A stretch of DNA of 58,931 nucleotides, counting the filler, from Sphacelaria rigidula (lineage: Eukaryota), in the NCBI GenBank assembly GCA_964200075.2. It is 8 parts of 8 records of this genome, joined end to end, with 100 filler letters (N's around TTAATTAATTAA, not from the genome) between each part and the next. Parts side by side here need not be neighbours in the genome. Positions count along the whole stretch, not along the records: positions 36,898 to 44,175 come from CAXNAA020015652.1; positions 44,276 to 51,553 come from CAXNAA020015653.1; 6 more parts are not named here. One strand, written 5' to 3'. The notes under the pieces were generated by a model, which did no database searches, was not told where the DNA came from, and saw only the letters and a list, made by a program, of their open reading frames with translations. Each line of letters opens with the position of its first letter. Positions within the stretch are counted from its first letter, which is position 1. This document shows positions 37,688-51,224 of this stretch, piece by piece. The translations under genes were made by a program, and so were the position numbers.

Positions 37688-40600
37688 TCACCCCCCTTTT
37701 GATGCGCCTCAAGTCTCTCTATTCGAGGGACTGAGGCGATCATTCATGAAGAGAATGATAACAACGTGGATTCCTCATTGCATGTGTGTTATGATACCAT
37801 TATACTGGCCTGTGTGAGAACATTTCGTATCCTCTATCCTATCGTGTTGAGTGAACACAAGACGGTAAATTTTATCGACGTTCGCATTCAGCTTCATGTA
37901 ATCAGCATACTTGTGTCGGCGGTTGGTGATTTGGTCACTTGATCGCGGCATCTGTGAAATTTGTGTGATCAGTACAGACTCTGGTGCCCCCATAGATGGT
38001 GAGTTACGGGCGATTCAGTGAAAAACATTGGATTTTCGCATGGGCATGAGTTGTCGTCCCGCGTTTTGCTTGGACACTAAACCCGTGGTGATTACCGTAT
38101 GATATGGTAATACTTGCGTCTGGGGAAGACAAATACTGAGATAAAAAGAGAACAGTGGCTGTTATTCGTATGTCTCGAGTGGTGTACTTCCATGATTACA
38201 TCATTTCCACGGCTATCCTCGCCAGCAATACCTCTATTTTGCTGGTAAGAGCTCAGACCTTTGGGTCGAGTCTCTCTTCACCGCCGATGTCCTTGTGGTC
38301 GCGGGAACCATGGCGTGAATGCTATTTTGTCTTGATTTTATACCGAACGCGTCTGCATGTAGTGGGAAATTTCCCTGCACGTGCACGTTTCCGGGCACTG
38401 TTCTCTATGGGAGACTTGGTTTCCGCTTGAACAGTTTCACTAACCCGTTTTATTTTTCTCGTGCTACGAGACGGCGGGTCTGGTGAAGGCGCGCTAATAA
38501 GTTTTGCTTGATTCTATACGCGTATCAGAGGTTGACATAAGGCACCTCGTCCGCTCGATACTCTAGGCCAGCCGATGGGCCGTAACCTTTGAGTTTCAGG
38601 CGGTATTTATAGTCGAGGTCATCTTTCCGCCCTGGGTTTCGTTCATGTCCCACCCCATATCAACGGTGTAGCATTCGAATTTTTTCGGTTGTGCTACATC
38701 TGGGCGGTTAACCTCTGTGAGAGGCAATATTTTCCCCAAGAAAAAGTCGGCAAGGCGATCAAAATCGGGCGCCGTTGCTTTCTCCTGTGGGTAGTATTTA
38801 TTGTCGAGTGAGCCAAGTGTACGGACGTTTGATTTACGTCGTTGCCCAACTTCACTTTGAATACTAGTGGCGATACTTTGGCACAGATAACGCCATTTAT
38901 TTGCACGCGTGGTTGCCTAGTTGTCTTGTCTGACTGAACTGCGCAATGCCAGCATAACGTGTAGACTTGAGTGCACCCGCTCTGAAACTGCGTCGCCTTG
39001 AGGTGTGAATGGAGTCGTGCGGGTTCCTCTCAGTTTGTCGTAGTGTCTGTAGCTGGTAAATCACCCGGTTCTCAAGCTCTTTGCCTTGAGTGATCAGAGT
39101 CAACTTTTTCCGGAATATCGAACGTTGTAAGAACTCTGTCAACCATCATCTGTGCTTTTTCCGGTTTCAGGGTGAAGCCCGCTGCTTGCAGCGCGTTAAA
39201 CATGTCCTCGAATAGAGTCAGGTGACTTTCCCACGAAGAAGAACATGCGACTAAATCGTCCATGTACACCAGGAGGCTGTTTTCCGGTCCAAAGTGGGAA
39301 AAAGTGAGAGCCAGTACTCGTGAAAAGATAAATGGGAACGACGCTAATCCGAGTGGGAGGCGGCTGAATATCCGTCTACCTTTACTCGTGACGGAGGCTT
39401 TCATCTCCTTTTCTTCCGCTCCAAGGGGTTGGGTGAAATGCACTCCGCACATCAAAGACAGAAAATATTCTGCTCCCGCCACCGTGTCAATGAGGTTTCA
39501 TGTGAGGCATCGGCCATGCCGTACGAACCAGACTTTTTTGAGTGTAGATCTGTAGTCTACGCAAACTCGAGTTTGCTCAATGACCGTCTCTTTCTATTTG
39601 GTGCATTGTACACCTTTGTTGACGACTTCTCGTGCCCTTGGGTTGGCCCTGTGCGGCAGTCTGTCAACTTGTTGTGTACCCGCTGGAGTGGAGTTTGGCT
39701 TCACTTGTGGTGTAGCTTCCTAACTCTCGTCAGGAAAACGAACAGACTGTCCCATATTTAGTATACAGATCGAGGACTTGGGCCTCTCTCTGTTCCTGCG
39801 AAAAATGTGCGGCTTTGTAAAGAATTGGGATAAAAAGTGCATCGCGCTTCTCATGATCAACCACAGAGATGATGTATTTACAAGCAATCAGCTGAGGATA
39901 TTGCTTCGTATACACACTTGTCGATGACTTGTTGTACCCTTGGGTTGGCCCTGTAGGGTGGTCTCTCGACTAGCTGTGTCACTGGTTGGAGTGGACATTT
40001 AACTTCACTTATCGTTCAGCATCCTAATCCCTGCGGTGAACACGAAAGTATTATCCGGTACCAAGTACACAGATCGAGGACTTTGGTCTCTCCGTTCCTG
40101 CGACTTGATTTCAGCAACTGCACTCACTACCTGTGTTTGTCTCTTCACTGTTCGGACCTCTCTCTGATGCAAGTGTAATGCAACCTACCAGAGTGTTTCG
40201 CTCAACACGAACGTGTTTGTTGGATGGATTGGCTACCTGAACCATAGCCGTCTTATTCACCGCTGACCAATTATAGACTGTTCGGGCCACGATCAGTCTT
40301 TTGAAAGCCTGGGATGTGTTTAACGATTGAACGTCTTGTTCCGTATAGGTCCCTTCGGGTACCGCGCTAACGATGACATGTGAGAAAGTGGACTGCTGTG
40401 AAGTGTGGGCAGTTTTGGAGTCCAATATTTTGATCGGTGGTTTGCCTTGATTATACATGACGGTCAAGCTATGAGAGCCACTTGCGGAACACTCTCCAAA
40501 TACGAAGACTGGTACTCTGCACCCTTTTTCGACTTGTGTTGCTCACTCTGAGCTCCTACGTGACCCTGTCATGTACTTTCCCTATCTCTTTGAGAGACTT

Positions 40601-41807
40601 CGCACATGATCCCACTGAAGAGGCTATTGTATGACAAGCAAATCACCTTCCTCGGTGTTGAACAGTAATTGTTCCAGTCAAAGATGCAGACTTATCCAGG
40701 TGCTACATCTGACTAGAATGTGACCGAACGATCTTTCAGGAGGGAGTATGCAGTTCCGCTTAGCAATCAATAGCCACTGCTTGAAAACATGTGCGGGACG
40801 TTGCACATTTGTCACATGGGATGAAACGTTACCGATCCCTTGGGGTATTGCGCAAAATGCCACGTGATATGAGTCTCAACAGTTTTCGCCCCGTGTCTGG
40901 TGTAACGCTTTTCGACGGCTGTTATAAAGGCTGCTTCGGAACTAACTCCAAGTACGAAGGCCAGTTATATTACACACCGCACTCCTTGTTTTCGACCTGT
41001 GTTGTTCTTGTTCAGCATACGGTTCACCCTAGTCTGTACTTTCACATCACAACTGGGGGCTGTTTTGGTGCCTCACCGGAGGAGTTACTGTACTGACTAG
41101 AAACCTCGCTTCCCTCATGCATACTTGACCAGAGGGTTGGTACTTTTCTTCCATTGCATGCGCTCTGAGATGTGAAAAAATGAACTATCTGCCATTTGCA
41201 ACTCCTCTCAACTTGCGAGCTGAGATTTGGCACGACTGTCCAATACACCCTCTTCTTTCGCTTGCAAAATGGTAGGCTATGACAAGGTGGTGCATTCGCA
41301 GGTTGAGGAGAATTTTGTTAGTGCGATTTCGGGTCACCGCGTTTCCAGGGGTCGGTCTGCTTGGTTGACAGCCGTGCCTCTTGCACTATGGTGGTGGGAG
41401 GTGGGTTGGTAAGTGCGGTTTCGCTCTTTGACTACAGTAGACTTGCTGGTGACATATAATGCGCACTTTGATTGATTGATTGATCGATTGTCGCACTTTA
41501 ACTGACCCCCCAGGGGTCCAGTCGTGGTCTCACGGTAGACGTACCCAAGACAAAACGAAAATGAAACACGCTCTGAGACAAAAAGAAGGAACAAAAAAGA
41601 ACACTGGAGGCTGATTTTGCGTTTGGCTGACTCCTACAACCCTCTCAACTCGAATAGCTGTGCACAAATGATCCATACGTTTCACCTGCTGAAGCGTTCG
41701 TTCCTCGACTCCTTTTGTTTCGGACGGTGTCGCCATTGCTAAGTCAATGTGCTTCGCACGTCAAAGTGCTCTGCACGTGTAGGTTCAAATCTCCTCGTTG
41801 ACGCTAT

Positions 41808-42210
41808 TGTGAACTAAGCTTCGCTAGTGGTGAGACAGTACAGTTACGGGTCCCCAAGAAGAGCGCTGTCGTACCCTGCTGCCGAAAAATCTCCAAAGCG
41901 GGGCGTGATTCTCTCTCTCGTCATTTGGGCAAGGATCCGGACGTGACCGATGGTGGGCAAGGAGAAGAAGTGAACGAGGTAGTACGGTAGTACCGGCTAC
42001 GTTCCACGAGGGTTCATGCGGTGATCCCGTTGCTTTGGGGTCTTGTACCGGAGACCCGGTTTGTCTAGGTTGCCGAAGATCCAGTTTTACAGGTTTGAAC
42101 GTTTTGGGTCCGCTCATGTGTGTCACTGGCAGACCCCGTTCCTGAGACTGTTTCTCCGGCTTACAAGTGTATTTGGATGTGATTACGCTGATACATATGT
42201 GGTCTCCACA
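41808..42210 (-). repeat. 5' LTR
   Basis: Direct repeat of 37293-37687 with a few substitutions and a small indel. Confidence 0.9.
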
Positions 42211-43049
42211 GTAACGGTAAACAATGGTTTGAATCCAATATCCAAAAAAATCATATAAACATTACCATTATCACGATTATAATGATAATGGCCGCAGTTG
42301 TTTTCAGTGTTCATAATGAGAATCAGTATCACATGTTTTTCATCTGGATCATCTGGATAATGAACTACTTCCTGCCTGTCGTGCGCTTGGGATCATGACT
42401 CCAGCTCGGGTGCGTATGTGGAAGGGCTCACGTCAATCGTGGTGTCTGATTGGGGGGAGATGTCTCAGCTGCTCACGTACGGTGGCGGTGCAAGAACTGT
42501 GGCGGCGACCAATGCGAACGATTGGAGTTCCCGCAGTCATGCTGTGTTTACGCTCAATTTTCGGCAGGTATTGTGAGGGGGACACGGGGCGATTGATCCC
42601 TCCTTGCAGCTTCAGATGCGTTCCGAGAAGTGGGGGGGGGGGTTCAGACGTATGGCCAAATATCGTGTATGGCCACAGGAACGAAGCTTGGGCGATGTGA
42701 AAAGACGGCGAAAGGAGCTAAAACAATATTTACTGATCATTCTGCTTGGAACAACAAGCTGATAACAGAGGAGGGCAATAACCAGCGGCGTGAACTCATT
42801 ATCGCCAGCGATACCATAAAAAAGAAAGACCCTGATCGGTCAGTTGAAACAGGTATCTGATAACAGAGAAGATCGAAGAACAAACAGCCTTCAGCGTGAA
42901 TTATCACCGGTAATATCATGGCGAAATTTTGCATGTTTGTATGTCCTGGATAATCTACCGTATCCACAATGGATTCATAAATTCAGTAGGGCGGGGCGGG
43001 AGGAGGGGGGGGGGCGGGGGTGGCGCAGTTGTTGCTTGCCTCAGTCGTT

Positions 43050-44175
43050 TGACCTTTGACCACGCATCCCTTTCGAGACGGAGGACCGTTCCTACTCCTG
43101 ATAGAGATACCTCCAACATTCCGGCGCTCATTACGTTTCTTCCATACATTACACAAAAACGTTTTACATATCTTGTCCCCGTCCTGTTTCGCCCTCTCTG
43201 GCTTCCATCTATCTCCTAGTATAGCCATCGTCTTTTTCCTACTGTCTCATGCACCAAACGATTTCATGCTATCTTCGTTCACGTCCCGCATTTCCCCTTC
43301 TAGCACGTCCCGTTCTTTCTTGTATACTTCAAATGCTATCTATTCCTTTGCCACAGAGGCAGTTCTGTCCACCGACTTCCTCCTCCTTTCGACGACTGGT
43401 ATATCTCTTTCTTCTTTCTGGCAGGTCCAGATCCTCCTCCCGAAATCGCACTTTCATATTTTTCGCGTTATCCATGGGGCCATACAAATATGCTTTCATC
43501 CCCATCCCCTCTCTCAACCACCCGTATATCTCCAGGTGTTCTTCCCCGTTTACTTTGCGTCTGAGCGCCTCTTTTTCCTTATTTCGATCATATCTCTTAC
43601 TTTTGCCTTGTACCCCGCGTCTTCATGTATGGACAGTGTTTTTTTTGTCTTGGCTTCCGCCAATCTCCTTCCACACTCTCTCGACTTCTCTATCCCACCT
43701 TACTCCAGCCTCCCCTTTCGTACTTTTCTTCCATACATCCCTATCAACCATAGTTGACAACCTTTTCCTCTGCGTGTTCTTCACGCTATATTGCCATCGC
43801 AAATTCCTCATGTCTCTGTTTGTTTTAAGTGAATACATTCCCACCTCTGCTCTCAAAACGGTTCTACTCGTCGTTTACGAGCATCCAAGTATTTTCTTAG
43901 CTGCGGTCACCTGTACTGTTTCTAACTTCTTCACCACCTTCGCGTTCCCCTCCCATACTTCCCCTGCATATTCCAGCTTTGGTACGACCACGTTCATCAG
44001 GATACATTTCTTGATCCTAGTGTCTAGGGGCGAGTCTCTGAGGATCACGTCCATTCTGTCTATTTGTGCCTTGCCCTTTTCTATTACTTTGTGTGTGCAT
44101 CCCAAGAACAGTTTCTTGAGATCTCTACGCCAAGGTATGTATACTGGTCTACGATCGGCAGTTCCTCTTCTCCCC
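43050..44175 (-). mobile_element. Non-LTR retrotransposon (LINE) ORF2 C-terminal part, degenerate
   Basis: Minus strand reads ELPIVDQYTYLGVEIS...W...VVVPKLEYAGEVW...KLETVQ..AAKKILG...VLRAEVG; stops and frameshifts; runs into the gap. Confidence 0.85.
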
Positions 44176-45108
44176 NNNNNNNNNNNNNNNNNNNNNNNNN
44201 NNNNNNNNNNNNNNNNNNNTTAATTAATTAANNNNNNNNNNNNNNNNNNNNNNNNNNNNNNNNNNNNNNNNNNNNAGAGTATTCGAGGCCGTACTCTTAG
44301 TACTCAAATTTTGAGTAGATTGTTCGATGTCAGACCGAAATACTCGGGGATCGGGTAGAGTATCTGAGGCCAGGTGGAGTAACCTTGGAACCTCACACAA
44401 TACTCACACAAGAGCGGAGTAGACGCCCAGATTTTCTCGAAGTAGATTTTCTCGAAGTTGCCCACTTATGACCAGCTCTGATTCCCCATCAAAATTCCAT
44501 CATTCGGCGATAGCACATTCGCGATACATTTGAATAGAAGACACAACCAGAAAATTGAACACGAGCGTGGTGAAATGAATAATGGGGTTTCGTCAGGGGG
44601 CGTTCGGAGTGGACAACTTGCACTGCAAGGGGATATCAGGAAGCGTAGGAGTCTCAATGTACAGCGTGTCACTGGATGTGTGACGCGATTCTCCTGTCGG
44701 GATAGAGATGGGGGAAACCGCTGATGACGAAGGGGTCATGACGGTGGTGGCACGCCGACAACAACGGAACAACATCAGACTTCACAGTGTGTCAAACCCG
44801 AAAGACAGCACGAAATCTCAGTGACCGCTACAAGTGCAACTACACTCCCATGTGAACCTAGACGCTGCACGAGATTCGTATTTTTCCACAAACCCACCGC
44901 TCCGATGCCGGGAAAAACGTTGCACGATTTTTTCTCGCATCACTTCAGAGCTGATGTCTCGCCCCCCCACCCTCATGTAGTGACACCACCGGTCCACCTC
45001 CTGCAGAAAAATATCTTCAATCGGTTCAACATCGCCGTGAACTCCTACTGACTTCGTAAGTACAGCAAGTTACCGTACCCCTCGCCCCCTCCAAACCCCG
45101 AAACCACT

Positions 45109-48100
45109 TCAGTCTATAGTCATGCCCTCCGGGGGTATCGCGGTGTTCTTCAACGGGTCGATTGCTGCTTCGGCTTTCAAAAGCTCGTTGTCCTTCGCCG
45201 AGAACCGCTGGGGAAAACATTTTGGGATGTCGGCGGCGACGATCTTCGGGATGGCGCTGTACTCGGGAATGTGCTCGAAGTTCGCCTTCAGAAACAGGAT
45301 CATCTCCACCCAGTATGTGTCGATGCGGCTTCGGTTTGGCGTCAACAAGGCGCCGGCACCACTGAACTCGCGCTCGATCTGAGCAGCCGATGCTTGGTTC
45401 CCGAACACCTGCTGAGCGACTGGCGCAAGTGTGGGGAAGGCATGCTTCCCACTCTGCGCCCAGTACTGGAGCACGTCGCATGGCTCCATCTGAAGAGACA
45501 GCAGGGCACACGAGGGGAAGTGCAATAAGCGATGAGGAACCGTGGGATATTCACGCGACGAATACACCTTGTACATCATCCGCTGAGGATAAGAAAAAAA
45601 AAGACTGGGTGAAAAAAATGCTTCCCAAGAGTCGCATGAGCGACCAGATGAGACGAGCTCACACCCTCTGGCAAAACTGCCATCAAAGGACGGAACAGTA
45701 ATATAAAGAGAAACACAAGTCCTTTCCGTGCACGTTGTTGAAGCAGCATGCCAAAATCATGCCGAAATGAACGAGCGAAACACACGCGGCGTGCTGTATG
45801 AATTTCAAGAGGAGACACAAGAGAGATATTCGGACACAATGACACAGACAAGATGCCAAACTCGTATCAACGACCTCAAGTTTGCATCGCTGTACCACCG
45901 CTAATTTGTGATACAGACTCACATCATCCGGATCCACGAAGACGGACTGATAGCGCATGATGTCCTCCGATACTCTCCTTTCTGCGTCGTCCTCCTCACC
46001 CGCATCCTTCCGTTCTTCGGCGCCGCCGAGATTCCCGCGACGACCGAACGCGGCCCACCTGCTCGGGGTCCTCGGTTGCGAAGCACCACCGCGGCTGGAC
46101 AAGCGAGGACGCTTTAAGAGGCGGCCCGCACCCTCCTCGCGGTCGCTCCTCGTCTTCACCGCAGCAATGGCCCGTCTCTTGATGTCAGCCCAGGCACCGT
46201 CGAGTTTTTCCTTCACCGTCTCCTCTTTCGTGGGTACGTCCACGGTAGAAGTAGTAGGGATGGCATCCTCATCCGCCTGTGTCAGCCTCAGGGCTCTTAG
46301 ATACGACCCAGTGTTGAACGGAGGCGTGAGTAATACAGCCGCATCCCGGAAGGGGGAGGGATCCGGAGTGTCCTCGTCCCAAACACGCATGTAAAGCCGC
46401 TTGGTGAGGGCCTTAGCGAGCTCTTGGCGAGTTATCCTCGTGACCTCTTCCAGCTCCTCCGGAGCCATCTCCCTCGAGGGGAGGGGTTTCAACTTCCCCC
46501 CTTCCCGGGGGGAGTCCACATCTGCAAGGGCGGGGATATCGAACACCCTGAGAGGTTTGTCGAGGTCGAGGACCTCCGTCTTGAACTTGCCAAACGCCAG
46601 GTGCATCTCCGCCGTCATGGGCACCTTGCCATACTGCCCGTCGCGAGTGATGGCGGATAGAGGTTGCATCAGAGAGTAGAGCTGCAGAATGCTTTCCCTG
46701 TTCCTGTCTTCGTCTAGGGGAAAGGTGAGGCCCTCGTCGCTGTAGAGCTTTCTGAGCAGGTGCCACAAGCGGATTACCCGCTCCAGCGCCTTCTTCATGC
46801 TCAGCCAGCGTTGAGGTGCATGCTTGATGATCTTGAAGATCTCGCCTAGCACTTCCGTCTGGATGTCCTCGAACTTAAGCTTGAAGTTGGGGGACTTGTT
46901 GAGCCTCTCGATGACCTTGATGACAAGCTTGAGAAGTTCACGGGCCTGGGGATTCTTGGACTTCGAGGCGTCTGCCGAAGTGCCGAAGGCATTCTCTGCA
47001 GCCTTGCACGCCAAATGGCATACACACCAATCCCATGCTATCCCTCTGGGGTGAAGGCCCCTGACGCACATGGCCTTCACATCGGACCCGCTGTCCGTTG
47101 TGCCGGAGGCCAGGTCCTGCACTCGCACGCCGTACTCTTGCAGAGTCGCGGTGAAGATCTTGAGAAGTACTTTCGACGCCGTGATCTCTTCAAGGTCCTG
47201 CGCAGGCGCGTAGGGCTTGACCTGGAGAAGATTCAAAAATAAAAATAAAAATTTCATGTTGAGCGAAGAGTTTTCGAATTCGCCCAGTGAGTGTTTCATT
47301 TCACTCAGCCGCTTTCCTTCTCACGGCCTGAGGCCTACCGATTGCATGAATATACCTGCACCTCAAATTTCTGCACTCTCACGACAGCGCATATAGCTAC
47401 AAACACGGAGCGTCGGCCAGAATTCTGTTTCCCAGAAAGACGAGAACAAAAACGTCGACAACCTATGAAACACGTTAGATGACCAGGACGAATTCCTGTC
47501 CGCATCATCATTATCTCTGAGGTCTGATTGTTTCCCCCCAATTTTCGCCAATATTCGGTGATTTTCTGCTTAGCTTAGACAAAAAATTGGAGAATCCTCT
47601 CCTCTACTTTTGGATTTGGGCGCTCATAGGTCAAGCGAGGCTGCGGAAAATTGCATGTTGTTTCACATCTCCACCTTGCCGTACATGGAGAGAGGGGATA
47701 TCCCCGTGCTGCATGTCCAGCCCGTTGTCCGCGACTTACACGCAGTGCAGGCAGCACAGACAGCACCGTATTGACTCATGATTACGCCACTTCTTGCAGA
47801 CTTCCTAAAAATTTCCGTCTGCTCTCAGAGACCTTGGTCGAAACACTATGTCAGGCCGTTTCTTATTTAGACAATGATCAGGGTCTGGAAAATTGTCCTT
47901 CTGGAGCTTTCACGTCGTTTCACGCCTCAAAAGAGAGCTAGGCGGAGTTTGACGCCTTGGAATGTCTCGCGCTAGTCGTTGAGACTGTTCCAGCACCTTT
48001 TCTCGTTCCCCGGTGGCCACAGCTTCGATTTTGGCCAATCAATTTTCTTTTGTCCAGAGACGGTCAAGTTTTTTTGTGGGCCTGACCCATCTTGACCGTT

Positions 48101-50872
48101 CCTGGACAAAAATGCTGGTAGTGTGGCCAAAATCAAAACTGCGGCCACCGGAGAACGAGAACATGCTGGCACCACTTCAACGAGTAGAGCAAGTCGTCCC
48201 AACGCGTCAAACTCCGCCTAGCTCTCTCTCGAGGAGTAAAACATGAAGGCTCCAAAAAAAGCACTTTCTTCTCCGGATTTCTACTCTCGTCTGTTGGAAA
48301 AAGCGGCCTCGTTAACCCTTTTGGGACTGGAGCACACAATGACCATGTGTTAGCCTGTGTCCAGTCCGGTATTACTTTCAAGTGAAAATGAAGCCAATGT
48401 CAATTTCACTCGAAAATAATACCGAACTGGACACATGCTAACACATGGTCCTTGTGTGCTCCAGTCCCAAAAGGGTTAAACGGCCATTTTCCATGCGGAA
48501 AAGTCGCTAAAAATTGACAGCGATTTTCATCCAGCGACTTTTCCCCAGTTCTTGAGCCGTCACTTCTCCGCAAATCTTTCACACGAGAAAAGTGACGGTC
48601 CGTGACACATTCTTCGCATGCCGCACCCCCAGTAGTACAGTCCGCTCACAACAGCTGCGCATGTAATATGTACGGTACCGCAGCATCAGCACAGCGGTCT
48701 TGCACATGAGAAGTTGCCGCTCCCGAATACCGCCCTTGTCAACGGGAAGCGTGCAAATTCACTCGAATCTAGAGTCAGTAAAACGAATGAAATTAGGTCC
48801 GGCGCACGAATCGTTGAAATCGGGAAAGAAAATGTACTCGGTACTTGGACGCCATCTCAGGTGTCGTTTGCACGGAAAAGGGACGACTTCAACGTTTTCC
48901 TACTCGAAAACACTGCATGAACGTGGACAGTTTACTCACAGAAAGCAGAGCGTCCTTCTTTTCGAAGGCGGAGTTGATGTAGCTGACGTGTACCCCAAGA
49001 AACTTGTGCCCCGACGATTTGCACGTCCACAGGTCGACAAGGTAGTGCAGAATAGGCAGCTGCGCTCTTTCCACCTCTTCCACCAGATTTCCAACGACCG
49101 CCTGCAGGGACACGGTGTATCATTGTGTGTTCAACATAGGGAACATAATATGCACGACCAACGGGAACAGGCTTTCCCTCATATCTCCTTTTCCGGGTGA
49201 AGGAAATTGCAGCCACCAACGTATTGCGCGCAACGACCGAGGCGGAAACACAGAATGGAGAGGCTGGAGACCGGGGACCTGCGTGATTGTCTCTCATCGT
49301 CCTACTGCAGTGTACCACCGTAGCTATCCTACACACAAGCGCGCTGCAGTATACGTCTGATTATTAGAACTACAGAGCACAGTACGATCGGAGATATATA
49401 GTCTCAAACTGTCATGGACTACTGTACTGTACCTGTCCTACGCACAAGTGCGCTGCTGTACACGTCCGGTTATTTGAATGACCGAAGTATACAATACAAT
49501 CAGAATCAGAGATATTGCGTACAGTACCTAGACCTTGAGCGACCACGGTATGCAGTACACTACAGTCAGTACAATATACCTCGTACAAGAAAAGAAAAAA
49601 CGCACTCATCAGATGCAGAAGGAGTAGAACAAGGTAACACGTGCGTGATGCGAAGCGTTGTGCATCACTCGCCCAAGATGGAGCCCAAGGACGCGGTGAC
49701 ACACCAAAAGCGTGATCGGGGCAATTACGCGAGAACGATAGAGCGCATCCAACGCGGTGGGGAGTGAACACCAAACCGCCCAGAACTGTAACGACGCTCA
49801 CCTTCTTCGTCGCAACGTACAGCTCCACAATCAGATGCTGGATGCGCCTTGGCGGGAGGGATGGAAACGGCGTTTCGCGGGCAGTCACAACCGCAAAGAG
49901 CAGTTTCAAAGACTCTCCCTTCGTGAAGTGGTTGAAGGGCAGCAGCTGTTCCACGACCGACTTCGCCCCGAGGATCTCCTGAACCCTGCGTAAAGGACAG
50001 TGCGAGTAGTTGGCATCAGATGAGCTGGTTTTACAATCTGCTCATGTTACGGCTCATGCCGACTTCAGGGTGCACGGCATGATGATTTCAAAATTCAAAA
50101 TTCGATCAGCGGGAGAAACGTTGGTGTTGTGATGCATGCCCGGCGGACGAAAACAGGACGCGCTGATGTTTCACTCTGAGAAGACCATGACAGAGTGGAT
50201 TTGTGTCCCCACAATACGGTCGAGTCACTGCGCCCCAGTGACCTACTTTCGCTACTCCTTTCAACAGCGACGTCTCTCTCATCACGCTCATACATCTCAC
50301 CTCTGTGAACCTGCTCCGAACGTTTTCGATGCCTGCAAGCTAGCCTCGATTGCCCCCGTCCTCTTCTTCACTGCCACATCACGAGTCACGTACCGCTGCC
50401 CCACCAGGTTGTGCACATCCTTCATGTGCTTGTTGACGTTGCTCCTGGACATATTTTTGCATGGGATCGACTTCTTCGTCGTCCGGCACCTCTTATTCGC
50501 GCGACAATGGAAGTGCCCGGTCGTGTCGCTTGGGTTCAACGGCTTCACGAAAACACCAACGGAGTACATGTACGACGACTCTCGGCTACCGACTTTTTGA
50601 AATCCCTCCGGAATCTGGAAGTTGTCGATCGCCTCGATGATGTCCTCAGGCACCAGGAACTCATCGCCATTTGTCCTGTACACTGGTGCCGGCAATATTG
50701 TGCGGACCGCCGGAGCCTCCTTCGGGGTCAGATCCACCACATCTGACCCCGTCGCGCCTCTTCCTGTCCCCTCACCTTGCGCCTGCCGTTCCAATGTTCC
50801 CGTATCTTGCACTGTTTGGACGGTTGGGTCTCCCATCGAAGAGTCGGATGTGCTGCCCACAGTGTCGCCCAT
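45109..50872 (-). CDS. hAT transposase, 5 exons (50872-50301, 49985-49802, 49101-48940, 47221-45923, 45489-45109), 865 aa, uninterrupted
   Basis: All introns GT-AG and phase-compatible (2598 nt in total). BED-like Zn finger (C..NKRC...H...H), VDLWT (D1), TTDSGSDV (D2), CVCH, QRWLS, and C-terminal dimerisation domain YW...FPTLA...SAAQIEREFS (E). Confidence 0.92.
47900..48255. mobile_element. Older imperfect palindromic (foldback/MITE) insertion in hAT intron 3
   Basis: AGAGAGCTAGGCGGAGTTTGACGC (47932-47955) pairs with 48204-48227; TTCTCGTTCCCCGGTGGCC pairs with GGCCACCGGAGAACGAGAA. Confidence 0.75.
48316..48475. mobile_element. 160-bp piggyBac-type MITE
   Basis: TTAA on both sides (48312-48315, 48476-48479), CCCTTTT...AAAAGGG termini, near-perfect palindrome. 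Confidence 0.9.
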
Positions 50873-51224
50873 TCCGGCAAAAGCTACTCGACTACCCGTC
50901 TACTCAAATACCCAGTGATACTCAGTACAGCGTTGTACTGAGATTGATATCGAAGAGGTTGCGTGGCATGAAGCAAGGACGGGCTGACCCAAGTGGGGAC
51001 AGGGGAGTGCGGATCGTGCACGGGCACGCTTTCACGCTTTCTTATTTTTGGTGGCCACCCCAGCGTTCCCTCATGGCTATCACTCAATCGCAGCCCGTGA
51101 CGTTGCGTCACTCATCTATTTGATGGCCATCGTTCGCCCATGTATTCAACATAATCTGTGAAGTGACGTCACGTAGTCCCACCCTGTCACGGTTACCCAT
51201 CATACCCAAGTGATACTGTACAAT

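Larger units (their letters stand above)
37293..42210 (-). mobile_element. Ty3/gypsy LTR retrotransposon, degenerate and internally deleted
   Basis: LTRs 37293-37687 and 41808-42210 (TGT...ACA); polypurine tract AAAAGGGGGGTGA on the minus strand next to 37687; RT remnant LPLGL..F...LVYMDDLV..H...L..AGFTLKPEK (39150-39480); integrase remnant below 39150. Confidence 0.9.

Noticed and set aside
43056-44223. Long + strand ORFs (233 and 324 aa)
   Set aside because: Antisense shadows of a purine-rich LINE ORF2 on the minus strand.
45908-47242. + strand ORFs overlapping the transposase
   Set aside because: Antisense frames of a GC-rich coding exon with no recognisable domain.
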